From positions 1 through 64,000 of IMG/VR virus record IMGVR_UViG_3300035696_000019: DNA of 64,000 nt; one strand, written 5' to 3'. Source of the DNA: a virus. The position numbers and the translations under genes were made by a program. Shown here one piece after another: positions 19,801-29,346 of this stretch (position 1 is its first letter; each line of letters opens with the position of its first letter). The notes below the pieces were generated by a model. That model was given only the letters and a program-made list of their open reading frames with translations, searched no databases and had not been told where the DNA came from.

Positions 19801-21208
19801 TGACTACGCCAGAAGACTTTTTCTTCCGCGCTCGGAGCAATTCAGCTTTCTCATCCAACGCGGCAATTTCGCCCTCATAAGCCTTCTGTTCGGCCAGCAA
19901 ACTGTCCAGCTTGGCCTGGTTGTCCTCAATTTCCTTCAGGTTGAATTGATACTGTGTCTCACTGAGCTTGAGACGCTGATTGATCTGCATTTCGGTTGCG
20001 CGCTGCTCGGAGGCGATCAACGCTTCGTTGACGGCCATCCGATCTTGCAATTCGGCGATCCGCCCCTGACGCCACGCCTCACTTTCCATGGCGAACTGTT
20101 CGCGCTCGGCCTGTTCGACGTCGGCGTAAAGCAAGAGCTTGCCGCGCATGGTGTCAATTAGGTTTGCCATCTCTTGCATCCCGGCGCGCAGCTTGCCCGC
20201 GCCCCAGTAAGCCAGCGCGACTTCGCCCGCGACCTTGAGTTCATCGCTGAACTTGACCACCATCTGACTCAAATTCACGACCGCGCTCACGGCGCTATTC
20301 AGATCGGCGCCCAAATGCGCGGCAAATTCATTGATGTTGCTGCCGCTCATGGCATTCAACACCTTGCCCATCTGTTCTTCGGCGTTGTCGAGCAGACCTT
20401 CCTTGCCCATCCGATCCTTGAACAGTAGCCATTGTGTTTCCAGACGGGATTCCATCCCCGTCCAGGTATTCATCATGCGGCTTGCCATGCCGTCATTCTG
20501 CGCCCCCAACACGGCAAACATGCGCCCCATCGCATCTTGCGCTTGCAGCGTGCCGGTCTTGACCAAAGCATCAAGCTGGCCGACCGACATATTGAGCGCC
20601 TGCGCCATCGCCTGAATCGAGTTCGGCATCGCCTGGCCCAACTGACGACGCAATTCCTTGAGCGATACCACGCCCTTGTCGCCCATTTCCTGCACTGCCA
20701 GCGAGACTTCTTTCAGTTGTAGCGATCCGCCGCCAAACTTCGCCAGCGTGTCGGTGACGGCTCTGAGTGAGCCATCCATCGGGTCGAGGCCGGCCGCCTT
20801 AAATTTGACGAAGGCATTGGACAATTCGGTAATGTTGAATGGCGTGGTCTGCGCCATGTCGAGCAAAAACTTCATGCTCTTGTTGGCGCCATCGGTCGAT
20901 CCGGTCAAGCCTTCCAGCATGACGTGCATGCGTTCCAGTTGGCCGCTGGCATCCGCAATGGACTTCGGGATACCGATCAGCACATCCTCGATATCCTTGA
21001 GCGCGAAGCGAACCAGCGACATTGAGAACACGGTGTCGTGGAATTTGGCGCCAAGCCCGGACATGTATTTTTCCAGCGTCGCGGTGGAGGCGCTGACGCT
21101 CTGAATCTTCTGATTCAGTTGCATCAGCGTCTCGCCCGCCTTCGCCGTCTTGACACTCATATCGCTATCGTCAAGCGACATGACGATCTTGATTTCGCCA
21201 CCCAACAT
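16871..21208 (-). CDS. tape measure protein
   Basis: 1445 aa, helical and Ala-rich, tape-measure N-terminal domain (AQTTPF), C-terminal FANGG..GEGSSPEA..IPV. Confidence 0.93.
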   Translation of the reverse strand: MLGGEIKIVMSLDDSDMSVKTAKAGETLMQLNQKIQSVSASTATLEKYMSGLGAKFHDTVFSMSLVRFALKDIEDVLIGIPKSIADASGQLERMHVMLEGLTGSTDGANKSMKFLLDMAQTTPFNITELSNAFVKFKAAGLDPMDGSLRAVTDTLAKFGGGSLQLKEVSLAVQEMGDKGVVSLKELRRQLGQAMPNSIQAMAQALNMSVGQLDALVKTGTLQAQDAMGRMFAVLGAQNDGMASRMMNTWTGMESRLETQWLLFKDRMGKEGLLDNAEEQMGKVLNAMSGSNINEFAAHLGADLNSAVSAVVNLSQMVVKFSDELKVAGEVALAYWGAGKLRAGMQEMANLIDTMRGKLLLYADVEQAEREQFAMESEAWRQGRIAELQDRMAVNEALIASEQRATEMQINQRLKLSETQYQFNLKEIEDNQAKLDSLLAEQKAYEGEIAALDEKAELLRARKKKSSGVVTEAAEKRYALELSKAETAEMEANIAMRQKQNAVIAESATTVRAETIALNEEQMALLASNEAAAGAIVTLQELDTAAVEMTAAERAAAIATGVLDSAIAMLIDPMNILIGIIGVAGLAWSNYSSEADKAAEASARAKRAARGVSSEEDVNNGQGRVAELQKQIADLEAFKKAGSREISTGAGGRAPASHLETYNDKYEEQLRRAKADLAEAAKTLGDQKTLLTQQNANDSADGQLRLLDAQWAPMQDKFTQQRNAYLASLSKGDIAKGKQNPTLNALDAKETQAHIDFLQKNLDAIAALQKKEKDQNSQHAADLRAQSKALGDAQQEYVNRLAQINKGVNNVAPTLVQADKKKKGAGGVEREDPWNRLAAELETQQADASVRLAAARGNVDRLASINDKATLDVLGRIAKGELDTTSEGKDGKKVKNVVGGSQSERLSWITQFSAQIKEGKANADAFIDSLVKAQKLTQEQGSQIKQKISATANTQKDISEAELLEDTNKQLAETQAKYNEEMTRTVDGSGKGSKALQELTRHFAELEASTKGAGAALADYQQNKQQALLNQTMTDSHAFNIKAQQDLKKANEGSLSGHDRADADLATRLDEENQRYQTQIDLLNQYAAGLDKASAAYKNYQTQLADAKKGHEVESAAIQQSYANQTKTQLEKMGDQWQDITEQMNSASASWAKNFMSYTERALEGGKVNWKKALAGMVQDIGNIAIQKALSNVVTSAFGSLGTTLTNNLNGAAGLFGGLLGGKSSSGGAQDSDNQKLAASTAALTNNTQASAAALLAHTAATESGTLMDKIRTMFGMEMSQPAEVTAATAMQVLATAADSAASALWQISATQTAHSAGGAFAFANGGIMTDMGSMPLKMYSGGGVANSPQMAIFGEGSSPEAYVPLPDGRSIPVTMKATGGSDSGSSHTQNYVNVNVTNSGQTTTDANSSAPDQSKGWSDLAQRLSQMVQGEIMNQQRPGGLLHNQ

Positions 21209-21222
21209 ACCGTCTTGTCCTT

Positions 21223-21935
21223 TTAGAACGCAGCCAGTGCCTTGAGTTCGGCAAAGCCCGCGCGGTTACTTTCCTTTTGGTCATCCGGCGGCACGATTGC
21301 TTCTGGCGCCTCGGACACCCATTCATCGCCTCCCTCGCGCTCCGGGCGTGCGATGTTGCCAATCTCTTCGCGCAATTTGGCGCTGTAATCCTTCAACCCT
21401 TCGCCGGTCTGCGCGGCGGCGTTGGTGAACATGCGCCGCATGTCCTGTTCGGCCTGGATGCGATTGACATTGCCGCTCAACAGCCAGAAGCGTTTGAGCG
21501 GCATGGTCAGCACATCTCGGTCGGTCAGTGAATAAAAATTCATGACGCGGCAGAAGAGAAAGCCGAAATCGACTTCATCCTCTGCCTGGGTTACTTTCCC
21601 CGTTCTTCAGCCTTCACTTCCGACTGCGGGCTGAAAATGCGCATCAGTTCTTCCGGCTCGGCGCCACGGATGAAAGCCACGATGGCTTGCAGCCGATCCA
21701 TCGTTTGCTTTTTCAGCACGTCCTCGGACAACCCGGGAATGGCGCGACGCACCATCTTCATGGTGCGCTGGATGGATTCAAGCAGATTGGCTTCCTTGCG
21801 GATGGCCTCGGCGTCTTCACTATTGAGAACGTAATCCTCGACCGACATGGGCCGCACCACATATTGCACACCTGCAATTTCCAGCACGCGCGATTCCGGG
21901 GTGCCGATGGCGTCAATGTTCAGAATTTTAGTCAT
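21223..21935 (-). CDS. tail assembly chaperone G (21591-21935) and GT frameshift extension (to 21223)
   Basis: G ends in GGG AAA G|TAA; the -1 frame is open into the 21223..21543 ORF. Confidence 0.85.
21594..21600 (-). other. programmed -1 ribosomal frameshift site GGGAAAG
   Basis: Same heptamer as the lambda G-T slippery site, located just before the G stop codon. Confidence 0.88.
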
Positions 21936-21960
21936 GATGAAAGTCTCCCGTGGATAGAAG

Positions 21961-21983
21961 TTGCCCCGCCAGAAGCGGGGCAA
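21961..21983 (-). terminator. hairpin after tail tube gene
   Basis: TTGCCCCGC-cagaa-GCGGGGCAA. Confidence 0.65.
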
Positions 21984-22002
21984 TGTTAAACTCATTACTG
22001 AC

Positions 22003-22905
22003 TTATACGCCAATACCAAACAAACGGTTGTTGTTGTTGGTATCGGGGTAGCCGCTGAACTCCAGGTTGAAGATGCGTTCGTTTTCCAGCTTGTAGGCGA
22101 ACTGCAACGAGCCAGAACACATCGCCAGATAAATCACGAAGTCTTCCGCGTTGTTCTGCGAGGCGACGTTGTAACTCGGACGCAGACGCAGCGGCTTCGC
22201 CAGCGACAGCAGCGACGTGCCGACGCCAGTGGCTGCAACGACGGTCTTGTAGTTCGGGTCAGTGCCGCCCGACAACGCAGCGCCCGACACGGTGATAGAG
22301 GCGCCTGCGGTGCCAGTTGCCAGCGTGAACAGGTTGCCTTCTGCCAGAGCCGCGCCGGTTGTGCCATACAGCAGCGCGTTACCGTAGGTGACGGTGACGA
22401 CAGCGGCGGCCACAGAGTAGGTCGCCAACGACAATGCCGGGTTGTTGATGGCGGCATTTAGCGCGGCGGCCAGGTTGGCGGCGGTGGCCGATGCGGATGC
22501 GCCAATCAGCACGTTCAGCGGCGTCGGCGCGTTGCTGGTGGCCGGCAACGCGGTGACGAACGTCACGGTTTGACCATTGACGACGATGGTCTGGTTGTTG
22601 GTCGGGTTGGTGGTGATGGTGATCGTGCCGGTCGCCACCGTGCCGCCGTTATAGGTCAGCGTGGTGCCCGGCATGACGGCGGTCAGGTTTTCCAGCGTGG
22701 TCTCCGCCAGCGGCACCTTGGCGGTTACTTCGCGCCCCATGATGTATTCGTTGATGGTGGACTTGCCAAGCTGATCCACGTTGACCTTGTGCGTCTCGGT
22801 CTTGACCGAGACTTCAACGCCGCCCTGAGTGAAGCCCAGATCGACGCCATTGAAGATCACCTGGCAGTAACCCAACTTGACGTTACTGGTTTTGTTGTTG
22901 CTCAC
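22003..22905 (-). CDS. major tail tube protein
   Basis: DLGFTQGGVEV...VPLAETTLENL; lies upstream of the chaperone and tape measure genes. Confidence 0.85.
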   Translation of the reverse strand: MSNNKTSNVKLGYCQVIFNGVDLGFTQGGVEVSVKTETHKVNVDQLGKSTINEYIMGREVTAKVPLAETTLENLTAVMPGTTLTYNGGTVATGTITITTNPTNNQTIVVNGQTVTFVTALPATSNAPTPLNVLIGASASATAANLAAALNAAINNPALSLATYSVAAAVVTVTYGNALLYGTTGAALAEGNLFTLATGTAGASITVSGAALSGGTDPNYKTVVAATGVGTSLLSLAKPLRLRPSYNVASQNNAEDFVIYLAMCSGSLQFAYKLENERIFNLEFSGYPDTNNNNRLFGIGV

Positions 22906-22991
22906 GCGATACTCCTTTGCAAAGGATAATTAAGTCACTTGTGACTTAGCTGGCAAATATAGCATACCATGCCAATTCGGTCGAGAAGCCG

Positions 22992-23498
22992 TTAAAAATC
23001 AACCCACAAGTAGTCACTAACGACCGCCACCGCATCGTTGACGATCTGGTCATTCAGTTCGATGGCGGCGCGCTCAAGGAATTCACCACCCACTTGAATA
23101 TCTGGGTTGAGTTCCTGCTTGAGTTGTGAGTCTTTACCTAATTGCCAGGTGCCGAGTGGTGGCAGATTGTAGTAAATCGCATAGGCGTAATCGCCCACCG
23201 AGGCTTCGCGCGTCTTGCCGTTTTTGTTGAACACGGTGAAGGTTTCTTCCATATCGATGTAGACCACCACCTCCTTGCGCGTGAACTGCCCGGTATCCTC
23301 GTCTCGCCCGCCGCCCGCGTCGTCGCACTTGATGGCGTGCTCCAGATTACCGCGCCAGATCGGCGCCATGCGTCGCGCCAGGTCGCGCAACTCCACGCCA
23401 TCCTTGCGCATGGAGTTGATGACGCGACGCTTGCAAGTATCACTCACCTGCTGAATGCGCATCACCATGCTTTCCAACCCCTCGACTTCGACACCCAT
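22992..23498 (-). CDS. tail completion protein (HK97 gp10-like)
   Basis: VEGLE...ARRMAP..GNLEHAI...FLERA. Confidence 0.65.
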   Translation of the reverse strand: MGVEVEGLESMVMRIQQVSDTCKRRVINSMRKDGVELRDLARRMAPIWRGNLEHAIKCDDAGGGRDEDTGQFTRKEVVVYIDMEETFTVFNKNGKTREASVGDYAYAIYYNLPPLGTWQLGKDSQLKQELNPDIQVGGEFLERAAIELNDQIVNDAVAVVSDYLWVDF

Positions 23499-23884
23499 CA
23501 GTTGCCCTCGACGTAGAAATTGCATTCCATGTAAACGGAGAATTCAAGGTTGTCGCCCTGCGACAACGGGAAGGCGACCGGCATGGTTTTGGGACGGCAA
23601 TAGTTGAAGAAATAATTGCCAATGGCCGTCTCCACCACGGTTAGCGCGGCGGTCGCTTGCGCCATGAGCGCTTCGCCATCAGCGTAATTACCGGCGCGCA
23701 CAATCATCTGAAATTGCGCCTTGTAATAGCCAGGGATTTCGTAATTGATGACGGTGCCGGACAGACGATTGCGCAGCAGCACGCCCAGATCGCACTCCAC
23801 CGGCATCATGTTGACGAAAATCGACTCGCCTTCGGTGCCTACACTCTGAGCGGCAAGACGGTCGGCAAGCGGCAGCAAATTCAT
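23498..23884 (-). CDS. tail terminator protein
   Basis: FQMIVRA..Y motif and position in the neck module. Confidence 0.65.
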   Translation of the reverse strand: MNLLPLADRLAAQSVGTEGESIFVNMMPVECDLGVLLRNRLSGTVINYEIPGYYKAQFQMIVRAGNYADGEALMAQATAALTVVETAIGNYFFNYCRPKTMPVAFPLSQGDNLEFSVYMECNFYVEGN

Positions 23885-23885
23885 G

Positions 23886-24233
23886 TTATCTCCACATCGC
23901 GGCGATGATTTTATAGTGGTCGAGCACGCCGACAATGTTGTATTGCGGGTGCTTCATCATCACGCGATATTGATCGACGCCAATCATGACGATGTCGTCG
24001 ATATTGATGACTGTGGAGGGAAGCAACAGCACCTGAGCCTCGGCGATGATTTCGCGCGCGTTGCCTCGTGAGCCGGAACTGTCGGCACGCACTGAGGTTT
24101 TTTCCTCAGTGCGGGTGACGCGCACAATGGCGCAAGGCTCCGTCACGCCCGTCTTTTCAGGCAAGGGTTGACCATACACATCGGTCTTGCCGCTGCTGAC
24201 AAAAAGCTGACAGGTGTTATTCGGCGTAAACAT
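23886..24233 (-). CDS. head closure / head-tail joining protein
   Basis: DVYGQP motif, size and synteny. Confidence 0.65.
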   Translation of the reverse strand: MFTPNNTCQLFVSSGKTDVYGQPLPEKTGVTEPCAIVRVTRTEEKTSVRADSSGSRGNAREIIAEAQVLLLPSTVINIDDIVMIGVDQYRVMMKHPQYNIVGVLDHYKIIAAMWR

Positions 24234-24912
24234 ACGGCTCCAGCGTGGCGCGTGAGTGATGGTGGAACACCGTATTCCAGTTCCGGTCGAGCGCAGGCCA
24301 GCCTGGTTGCCCGGAAATCGACAGCACGGTGCCGTGGTAAGTGTGTTCGGGATCGGGGTAGACCAGCTTTGCCAGATCGGTTGTCTTGGCGATGGTCACC
24401 ACTTGCGCGCGCAAATACGCCTGATACAGCGCGTGGCGCAGATCGGTGCGCACCAACTTATCCGCCGCCCAAGTGCGTCCCGCCGTGTCCTTGAGCGTCG
24501 ATTTGGGCTGTTCCAGCTTGTGTTGAAGCAGCTTACCCACCGCGCCATGCGCGTCGTGCAGCAACAACGCACTTGCATCCATTTGGCCGTTACCGCGCAA
24601 CTGTTTGATGCGCTGGTCGATGATTTGTCTCACATATCCGTCGAGCGTTTGCGCCGCATTCACCAATGGCTCGTGGACATTGGGTCGCTCACTCAGTTCG
24701 CTCGTCAAAGAGGACTCGTAAGTGGACAACACGCCCAGCGTATTACTAAGCAGTATCCCCGCCGCACGGTGAGCACGACGCTGGAATTCATTTACGGCAT
24801 GCGGCGTAATGGTGGCGCCAGGCGCGCGCAGCGTCATGTAAAGCCCATCCACCGCCATTGAGAACAACGCAAATTCGCGCGCAATGTCATGCGTCAGTTG
24901 ATCGTAGATCAT
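24217..24912 (-). CDS. hypothetical head morphogenesis protein
   Basis: DTAGRTW...VFHHHSR resembles minor-head (gp7/gpF-like) C-termini. Start at MIYDQ. Confidence 0.5.
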   Translation of the reverse strand: MIYDQLTHDIAREFALFSMAVDGLYMTLRAPGATITPHAVNEFQRRAHRAAGILLSNTLGVLSTYESSLTSELSERPNVHEPLVNAAQTLDGYVRQIIDQRIKQLRGNGQMDASALLLHDAHGAVGKLLQHKLEQPKSTLKDTAGRTWAADKLVRTDLRHALYQAYLRAQVVTIAKTTDLAKLVYPDPEHTYHGTVLSISGQPGWPALDRNWNTVFHHHSRATLEPYVYAE

Positions 24913-25790
24913 GGGCCGCGTCCGATGTGTTTGGCAAAGGTGACGAAGTAGCTGATGTAAGCCAGCGCACGACGACAGCATGGCAATTGCAGCGGCTTAC
25001 TGGCGCGATACATTTGCTTGGCGTCGCCCACCGAGTCGAGAATCAAGCCATTGGCGCGTTTACTCTCCATGTCTTGCCCCGACAGGATGTAATCCGCTTC
25101 TGCCAGTTGTGCCAGTTGTAGCGCGCGGATGAATCGCTTGGGCATTACCGCGATCTGTTCCGGTAGCAGCAATTCCAGATTGCCGGTAAACAGGAACAAG
25201 CTGTTCTCGGCAATGTAGGTGCTGTTGTATTGACCTTCCGGCACATACGCCAGTTGATCCTGGCTGTAGTTGACGTTGGAGTTCAACAGGTTGTAATTCA
25301 GTTTGCACAGATGGTTGCGCGCGTCGATCAGTGCCGCAATCTTGTTGTCGGTCGTCGCGCTATCCCACCCGGTCGTATTGGGCACGTCCAGCGCGGTCAT
25401 TTCCGCTTGAGCGAGCGTCTGGAAGGTATTCAGACCGAACGCCAACGGGCTATCCAGTTCAATGCCATAAGAGGCATCGATGCAGAGCGTGTTGCCGCTG
25501 GTATCGGTGACGAACAACTCGACCCCCCGCGCCGCGCGCAGGTAGGTCGTGTCATTCGGGTCGTTGGGGTCAGCCGCGACCCCGGTAAGCTGATTTGCCG
25601 TCGCCGGGACGGTGAAGGTCACGGACGGGCTGCCGGCCACGAAGCCCGCAACCGGCGTCTGTGATACCAGTTCGTTTTCGTTCTGATCCAGCACGCGATA
25701 TGCCACCGAGGCGGCATTGATCGCATTGCCATAACGATCCGTCAGAGGGATCGTCAACGTGACCGCCGTTCCGGCGAGGTAAATCAGCAT
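24909..25790 (-). CDS. head-tail adaptor-like protein
   Basis: NTFQTLAQA...AALIDA...AQLAEA; synteny. Confidence 0.6.
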   Translation of the reverse strand: MLIYLAGTAVTLTIPLTDRYGNAINAASVAYRVLDQNENELVSQTPVAGFVAGSPSVTFTVPATANQLTGVAADPNDPNDTTYLRAARGVELFVTDTSGNTLCIDASYGIELDSPLAFGLNTFQTLAQAEMTALDVPNTTGWDSATTDNKIAALIDARNHLCKLNYNLLNSNVNYSQDQLAYVPEGQYNSTYIAENSLFLFTGNLELLLPEQIAVMPKRFIRALQLAQLAEADYILSGQDMESKRANGLILDSVGDAKQMYRASKPLQLPCCRRALAYISYFVTFAKHIGRGP

Positions 25791-25800
25791 CGCTCAGTCC

Positions 25801-26421
25801 TTATTGAGCGACCGGCGCTTGCACGGCGCCCACCGGGGCGGCAGCAGCGTCAGCCAGAGCGACGGTCGGGGCCGGAGTGGCGGCGACAGCGTTGACGACA
25901 TCAGCACTCGGCACGACGCCAGGGGCGACGGCCAACGCGGGGGTTGCGTCTACCGGTGTCGGCGCAACAACAGGTGTGGTCGGAGCGACGGGGGCTGCGG
26001 AGGCAGTCGCCAGCGTCACGGTATCGGTAAAAACCGGAGCAACTACGGGTGCGACGGGCTGGACGGCAGGTTCGACAGCAGTCCCGCTGTCCACAGCAGG
26101 AACATCAGCCACAACATCAACGGCGTCTGCTTGCGGAGTCGGTTCAGCAGCCGGTGCAACGCCTTCACTCGCCGGCTGCTCGGGCTGAGAGGGGATGCTG
26201 TTCCCCATGTCCGGTGTCTGACAACCGCTACAGCCATGATCGAAGTCGCTCGCAATGCGGTTGAACGCACCGATATAAGCGGTCGTCAGCGCGACGCCCG
26301 CATCGACAATCTCATCGATCCCCAGATTGCCATTCATCAGCGCCTGACCCAGATAATCCAAAATGCGATCTTCCGGCTGCATGACGCATGCTTCACTCGA
26401 CTCATTCACGTTCACGTTCAT
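25801..26421 (-). CDS. Ala/Pro/Val-rich hypothetical protein
   Basis: Overlaps the upstream gene (ATGA); low-complexity C-terminus. Confidence 0.55.
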   Translation of the reverse strand: MNVNVNESSEACVMQPEDRILDYLGQALMNGNLGIDEIVDAGVALTTAYIGAFNRIASDFDHGCSGCQTPDMGNSIPSQPEQPASEGVAPAAEPTPQADAVDVVADVPAVDSGTAVEPAVQPVAPVVAPVFTDTVTLATASAAPVAPTTPVVAPTPVDATPALAVAPGVVPSADVVNAVAATPAPTVALADAAAAPVGAVQAPVAQ

Positions 26422-26906
26422 TTCGTTCCCTTCAAGTGAGTAATATCCTGCTCGCTGAGTGCATGCAGGATTTGAGAAATCAGCGAGCCAATCGATGTGC
26501 CTTTGATCCCCATCGGCGTGGCGATTTCTCGCAATCCGGCGATCCCCCGGCTATCCGCAATGGAGGCCAGTTCGTCTTCGGTGTAGTGCGGCGTTTCGAC
26601 CGGTTTATCCGTGGTGACAAGCGTCACGACCGGCGCAAGAGGCTGAGTCTCCACCACAACTTCAGGCTGAATGGGATGCTGCGTCAGGCCATCCGGCACC
26701 ATATCCGCACCCGTCTCGCGGTGATCCAGATAAATCTGGCTGACGTTGGCCGGTGTGCCGTCTTCCCATTCGGCGCCGATGACGGCGGCGATACGAGTGG
26801 CGTCCAGATGTGAGCAATCGGTGATGGACAGGCCGTCTTCGAAGAACAGCACGCCCATTTGCCCGTCGTAATGCTCAAATCCTGGCGCGGTGAGTCGAAT
26901 CTTCAT
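26418..26906 (-). CDS. hypothetical virion-module protein
   Basis: N-terminus paralogous to the upstream gene; C-terminal small helical domain (GIAGLREIA..GIK). Confidence 0.7.
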   Translation of the reverse strand: MKIRLTAPGFEHYDGQMGVLFFEDGLSITDCSHLDATRIAAVIGAEWEDGTPANVSQIYLDHRETGADMVPDGLTQHPIQPEVVVETQPLAPVVTLVTTDKPVETPHYTEDELASIADSRGIAGLREIATPMGIKGTSIGSLISQILHALSEQDITHLKGTK

Positions 26907-26917
26907 GGTGATGCCCC

Positions 26918-27277
26918 TTAGACCACTTCGCCGCCAACGCCATCCACGCCCGGATTGGTTTCGACGTTTTCAGTGGCGACCGAGCCGGTTCCGGCAATGT
27001 GAGAGTCGGCAGCAACCGTGCCAACCGCCCAACCATCGCCCGCTTCACCCGTCAGGTCTTCCACGATGACTGCGGTGCCAGTGATGTCGCTATTGACGGA
27101 GATGCCAGTGTCGGCGCCTGCATCGGTGATGTGCTCGACGCGCATGGTGGCGGCAATGCCGGCCATTTGTTCCTCAGACACGTCGTAATTGGAGACGCCA
27201 TTGGTGAACCAGACGTTCCCCATTTGTCCGGTAAACGACGTGAATCCCGGTTCCGTGAGTTGAATCTTGCCTGTCAT
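26918..27277 (-). CDS. hypothetical virion-module protein
   Basis: KIQLTEPGFTSFTGQMG...; directly after the capsid gene. Confidence 0.7.
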   Translation of the reverse strand: MTGKIQLTEPGFTSFTGQMGNVWFTNGVSNYDVSEEQMAGIAATMRVEHITDAGADTGISVNSDITGTAVIVEDLTGEAGDGWAVGTVAADSHIAGTGSVATENVETNPGVDGVGGEVV

Positions 27278-27295
27278 ATATCCCTCGCTTTAGCG

Positions 27296-27323
27296 AAAAA
27301 GGGTGGGCCTAAGCCCACCCTTT
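27296..27323 (-). terminator. rho-independent terminator after major capsid gene
   Basis: AAAAAGGGTGGGC-ctaa-GCCCACCCTTT. Confidence 0.8.
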
Positions 27324-27355
27324 CTATGATATGTCACTACTGACTTATCTGTCGA

Positions 27356-28291
27356 TCAAATGTTCGTCACGCCCATCAGACGACCGATCGAACGGGTGGA
27401 CTTCAGCACCATGCCGCAATACCACTTCAAGCGGATGCGGGTTGCATCCATGTTCTGAACGGTGCCGATGTTTTCCACCACGATACCCTGGTTCTGGCCG
27501 CCATACAGACCATGCAGACCATCCAGTTCGTTCAGGCGCAGTGCGTAAACGGAGGCGGTGTTGACGTTGGTGCCTGCGGTTTCTGCCGGGGACAGGAACT
27601 CGTTCATCAGGATCGGGATGCCATTGTGCGTCAGCATCGGGCGCCCGAAGTTTTCAAGCTGCTGCATCACGGCGTCGGTGCCGTAGGTGGCGCGCAGCAG
27701 AGCGCGGAACGCACGGATGGTGCCACGACGCATTACCAGCACGTCCGGGCCGTTCGGCACAGAATCGACCAGTTGGTCGAGCATGGTCAGGGTCAGTGCG
27801 CCGCCGTTGGTTCCGGCCAGGATTTGCGCAGCCGGCAGGCTTTGTGCGGTGGCTTGTGCATCGGCGGCAGCGGCCAGTGTCGGCAGACCATCGAAGGTCA
27901 GCGGATTGACGGCGCTGTTACCGGTCGCGAGGGTTTGATGAAAGATGCGCGCCAGACCCTTGGCCTTCTTTGCGATCTGAATCGCCATCTGGTCGTTGGT
28001 GTCGGATTCGACGGTTTGCAGGAACTTGTCGATATCCACATCGCCAGCCAGAATTTTCAGGGTCGCTACAACTTCCGTGAAGCCAGCGGCGCTTTCATTC
28101 ACGGTTGCGCTGGGCGCCAGGAAGTCGGCGGTCGGCAGCGTGTTTTCGCGGTTGTAGACGTAAGCCTTACCGTTTACACCGACGAAGGGCAGCACGGCGA
28201 ACATGTCGTCGCGCTCGATAATCTGGTCAATGACGCCTGCGACGAGCTGGTTGTTACTCAGCAGGTTGGCATCGGATTGCAGAAGCGGCAT
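27356..28291 (-). CDS. major capsid protein
   Basis: 311 aa after the scaffold; YNRE..LP, GDVDIDKF, RLKWYCG; HK97-fold MCP pattern. Confidence 0.9.
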   Translation of the reverse strand: MPLLQSDANLLSNNQLVAGVIDQIIERDDMFAVLPFVGVNGKAYVYNRENTLPTADFLAPSATVNESAAGFTEVVATLKILAGDVDIDKFLQTVESDTNDQMAIQIAKKAKGLARIFHQTLATGNSAVNPLTFDGLPTLAAAADAQATAQSLPAAQILAGTNGGALTLTMLDQLVDSVPNGPDVLVMRRGTIRAFRALLRATYGTDAVMQQLENFGRPMLTHNGIPILMNEFLSPAETAGTNVNTASVYALRLNELDGLHGLYGGQNQGIVVENIGTVQNMDATRIRLKWYCGMVLKSTRSIGRLMGVTNI

Positions 28292-28413
28292 TCCTTTTTC
28301 CTTTTTGAGAGATTAAACAACCGGGCTAAGTCGCTCTAGTCACCGATGGCCTGGATTGTGGCATATTTCACGCCACAAAACAAGTCACCGGTGACTTGTT
28401 TAACAATCGAGAA

Positions 28414-29283
28414 TTATCGATTGTGCGGATTGATGCCGGCGGCTTTCAAACCAGCAGCGATCATCGACACGCCATCGGTCGGCTTGGCGCTGCCCGGCAC
28501 GCCTGCGGGCTTTTGTGAACCCGAGCCAGCGCCCGGTTTCACTTTGGAGCGCAACAGATGATCCTTATCCGGGTCAGCTTCGACGATGCGCTTCAACGCC
28601 GATTCGAAGTCAAGATGCTCGCCCTGAGCATTTACCAGCGGCGTGCGGTTCGATGCACTGCGCGGTTTGTCAAATGGCACAACCTTGCCATCCACCACGT
28701 CGAAGTGCTCGCCGTAGATCACGCGTGCCTTGCTCGGGGTCAGCGTCAGTTCTTCGCCGATGAATTTGGATTGCGCGAATTGCGAGCCGATGGACAGTTC
28801 GTTGATCGTGCCGTCCTTCTGGCTGAGTTGGGTCTGCAACGCATCGATTTGCGCTTGCAGTGCGCTCTTTTCCCGACCGTGTTCCTCGGTCATCATCGCC
28901 TTGACGCGCTCGTATTCGCCCTTGGCTTCCAGTGCGCTGGTTTCAGCGGCACGCTGGTCGGCCAGCAATTTGCGCACGGCGTCGGGGTCGATGCCTTCGA
29001 AACGCTTGAGTGCCTCCTTGGCGGCGAACAGGTCATCATTCGTCTTTTTCAGTTGTTCCTTGCGCTGCATGTTCTCGCGCAGCAAGGCATGCTCGCTATC
29101 GCTCATGCCGGATTTCTTACCATCCGTTGCGCCGCTCGTTCCTTCTGCGGTTGCGCCAGCCCCCGCACCCTCTCCCGTCGTGCCGCCCGCGCCTTCACCC
29201 GCGCCCTCGGCATTGCCGCCACCAGCACCCTCGCCACCAGATTCAGGAGAGTAATATTTCAGCCACACATTACGAAATTTCAT
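28414..29283 (-). CDS. capsid scaffolding protein
   Basis: Gly/Glu-rich N-terminus and coiled coil; between portal and MCP. Confidence 0.8.
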   Translation of the reverse strand: MKFRNVWLKYYSPESGGEGAGGGNAEGAGEGAGGTTGEGAGAGATAEGTSGATDGKKSGMSDSEHALLRENMQRKEQLKKTNDDLFAAKEALKRFEGIDPDAVRKLLADQRAAETSALEAKGEYERVKAMMTEEHGREKSALQAQIDALQTQLSQKDGTINELSIGSQFAQSKFIGEELTLTPSKARVIYGEHFDVVDGKVVPFDKPRSASNRTPLVNAQGEHLDFESALKRIVEADPDKDHLLRSKVKPGAGSGSQKPAGVPGSAKPTDGVSMIAAGLKAAGINPHNR

Positions 29284-29346
29284 CTTGCTTCCTTTCGACC
29301 CTTCGCTTGGTCATGCGTTGAATCAGCCATTCTCTTGGCTGACGAG

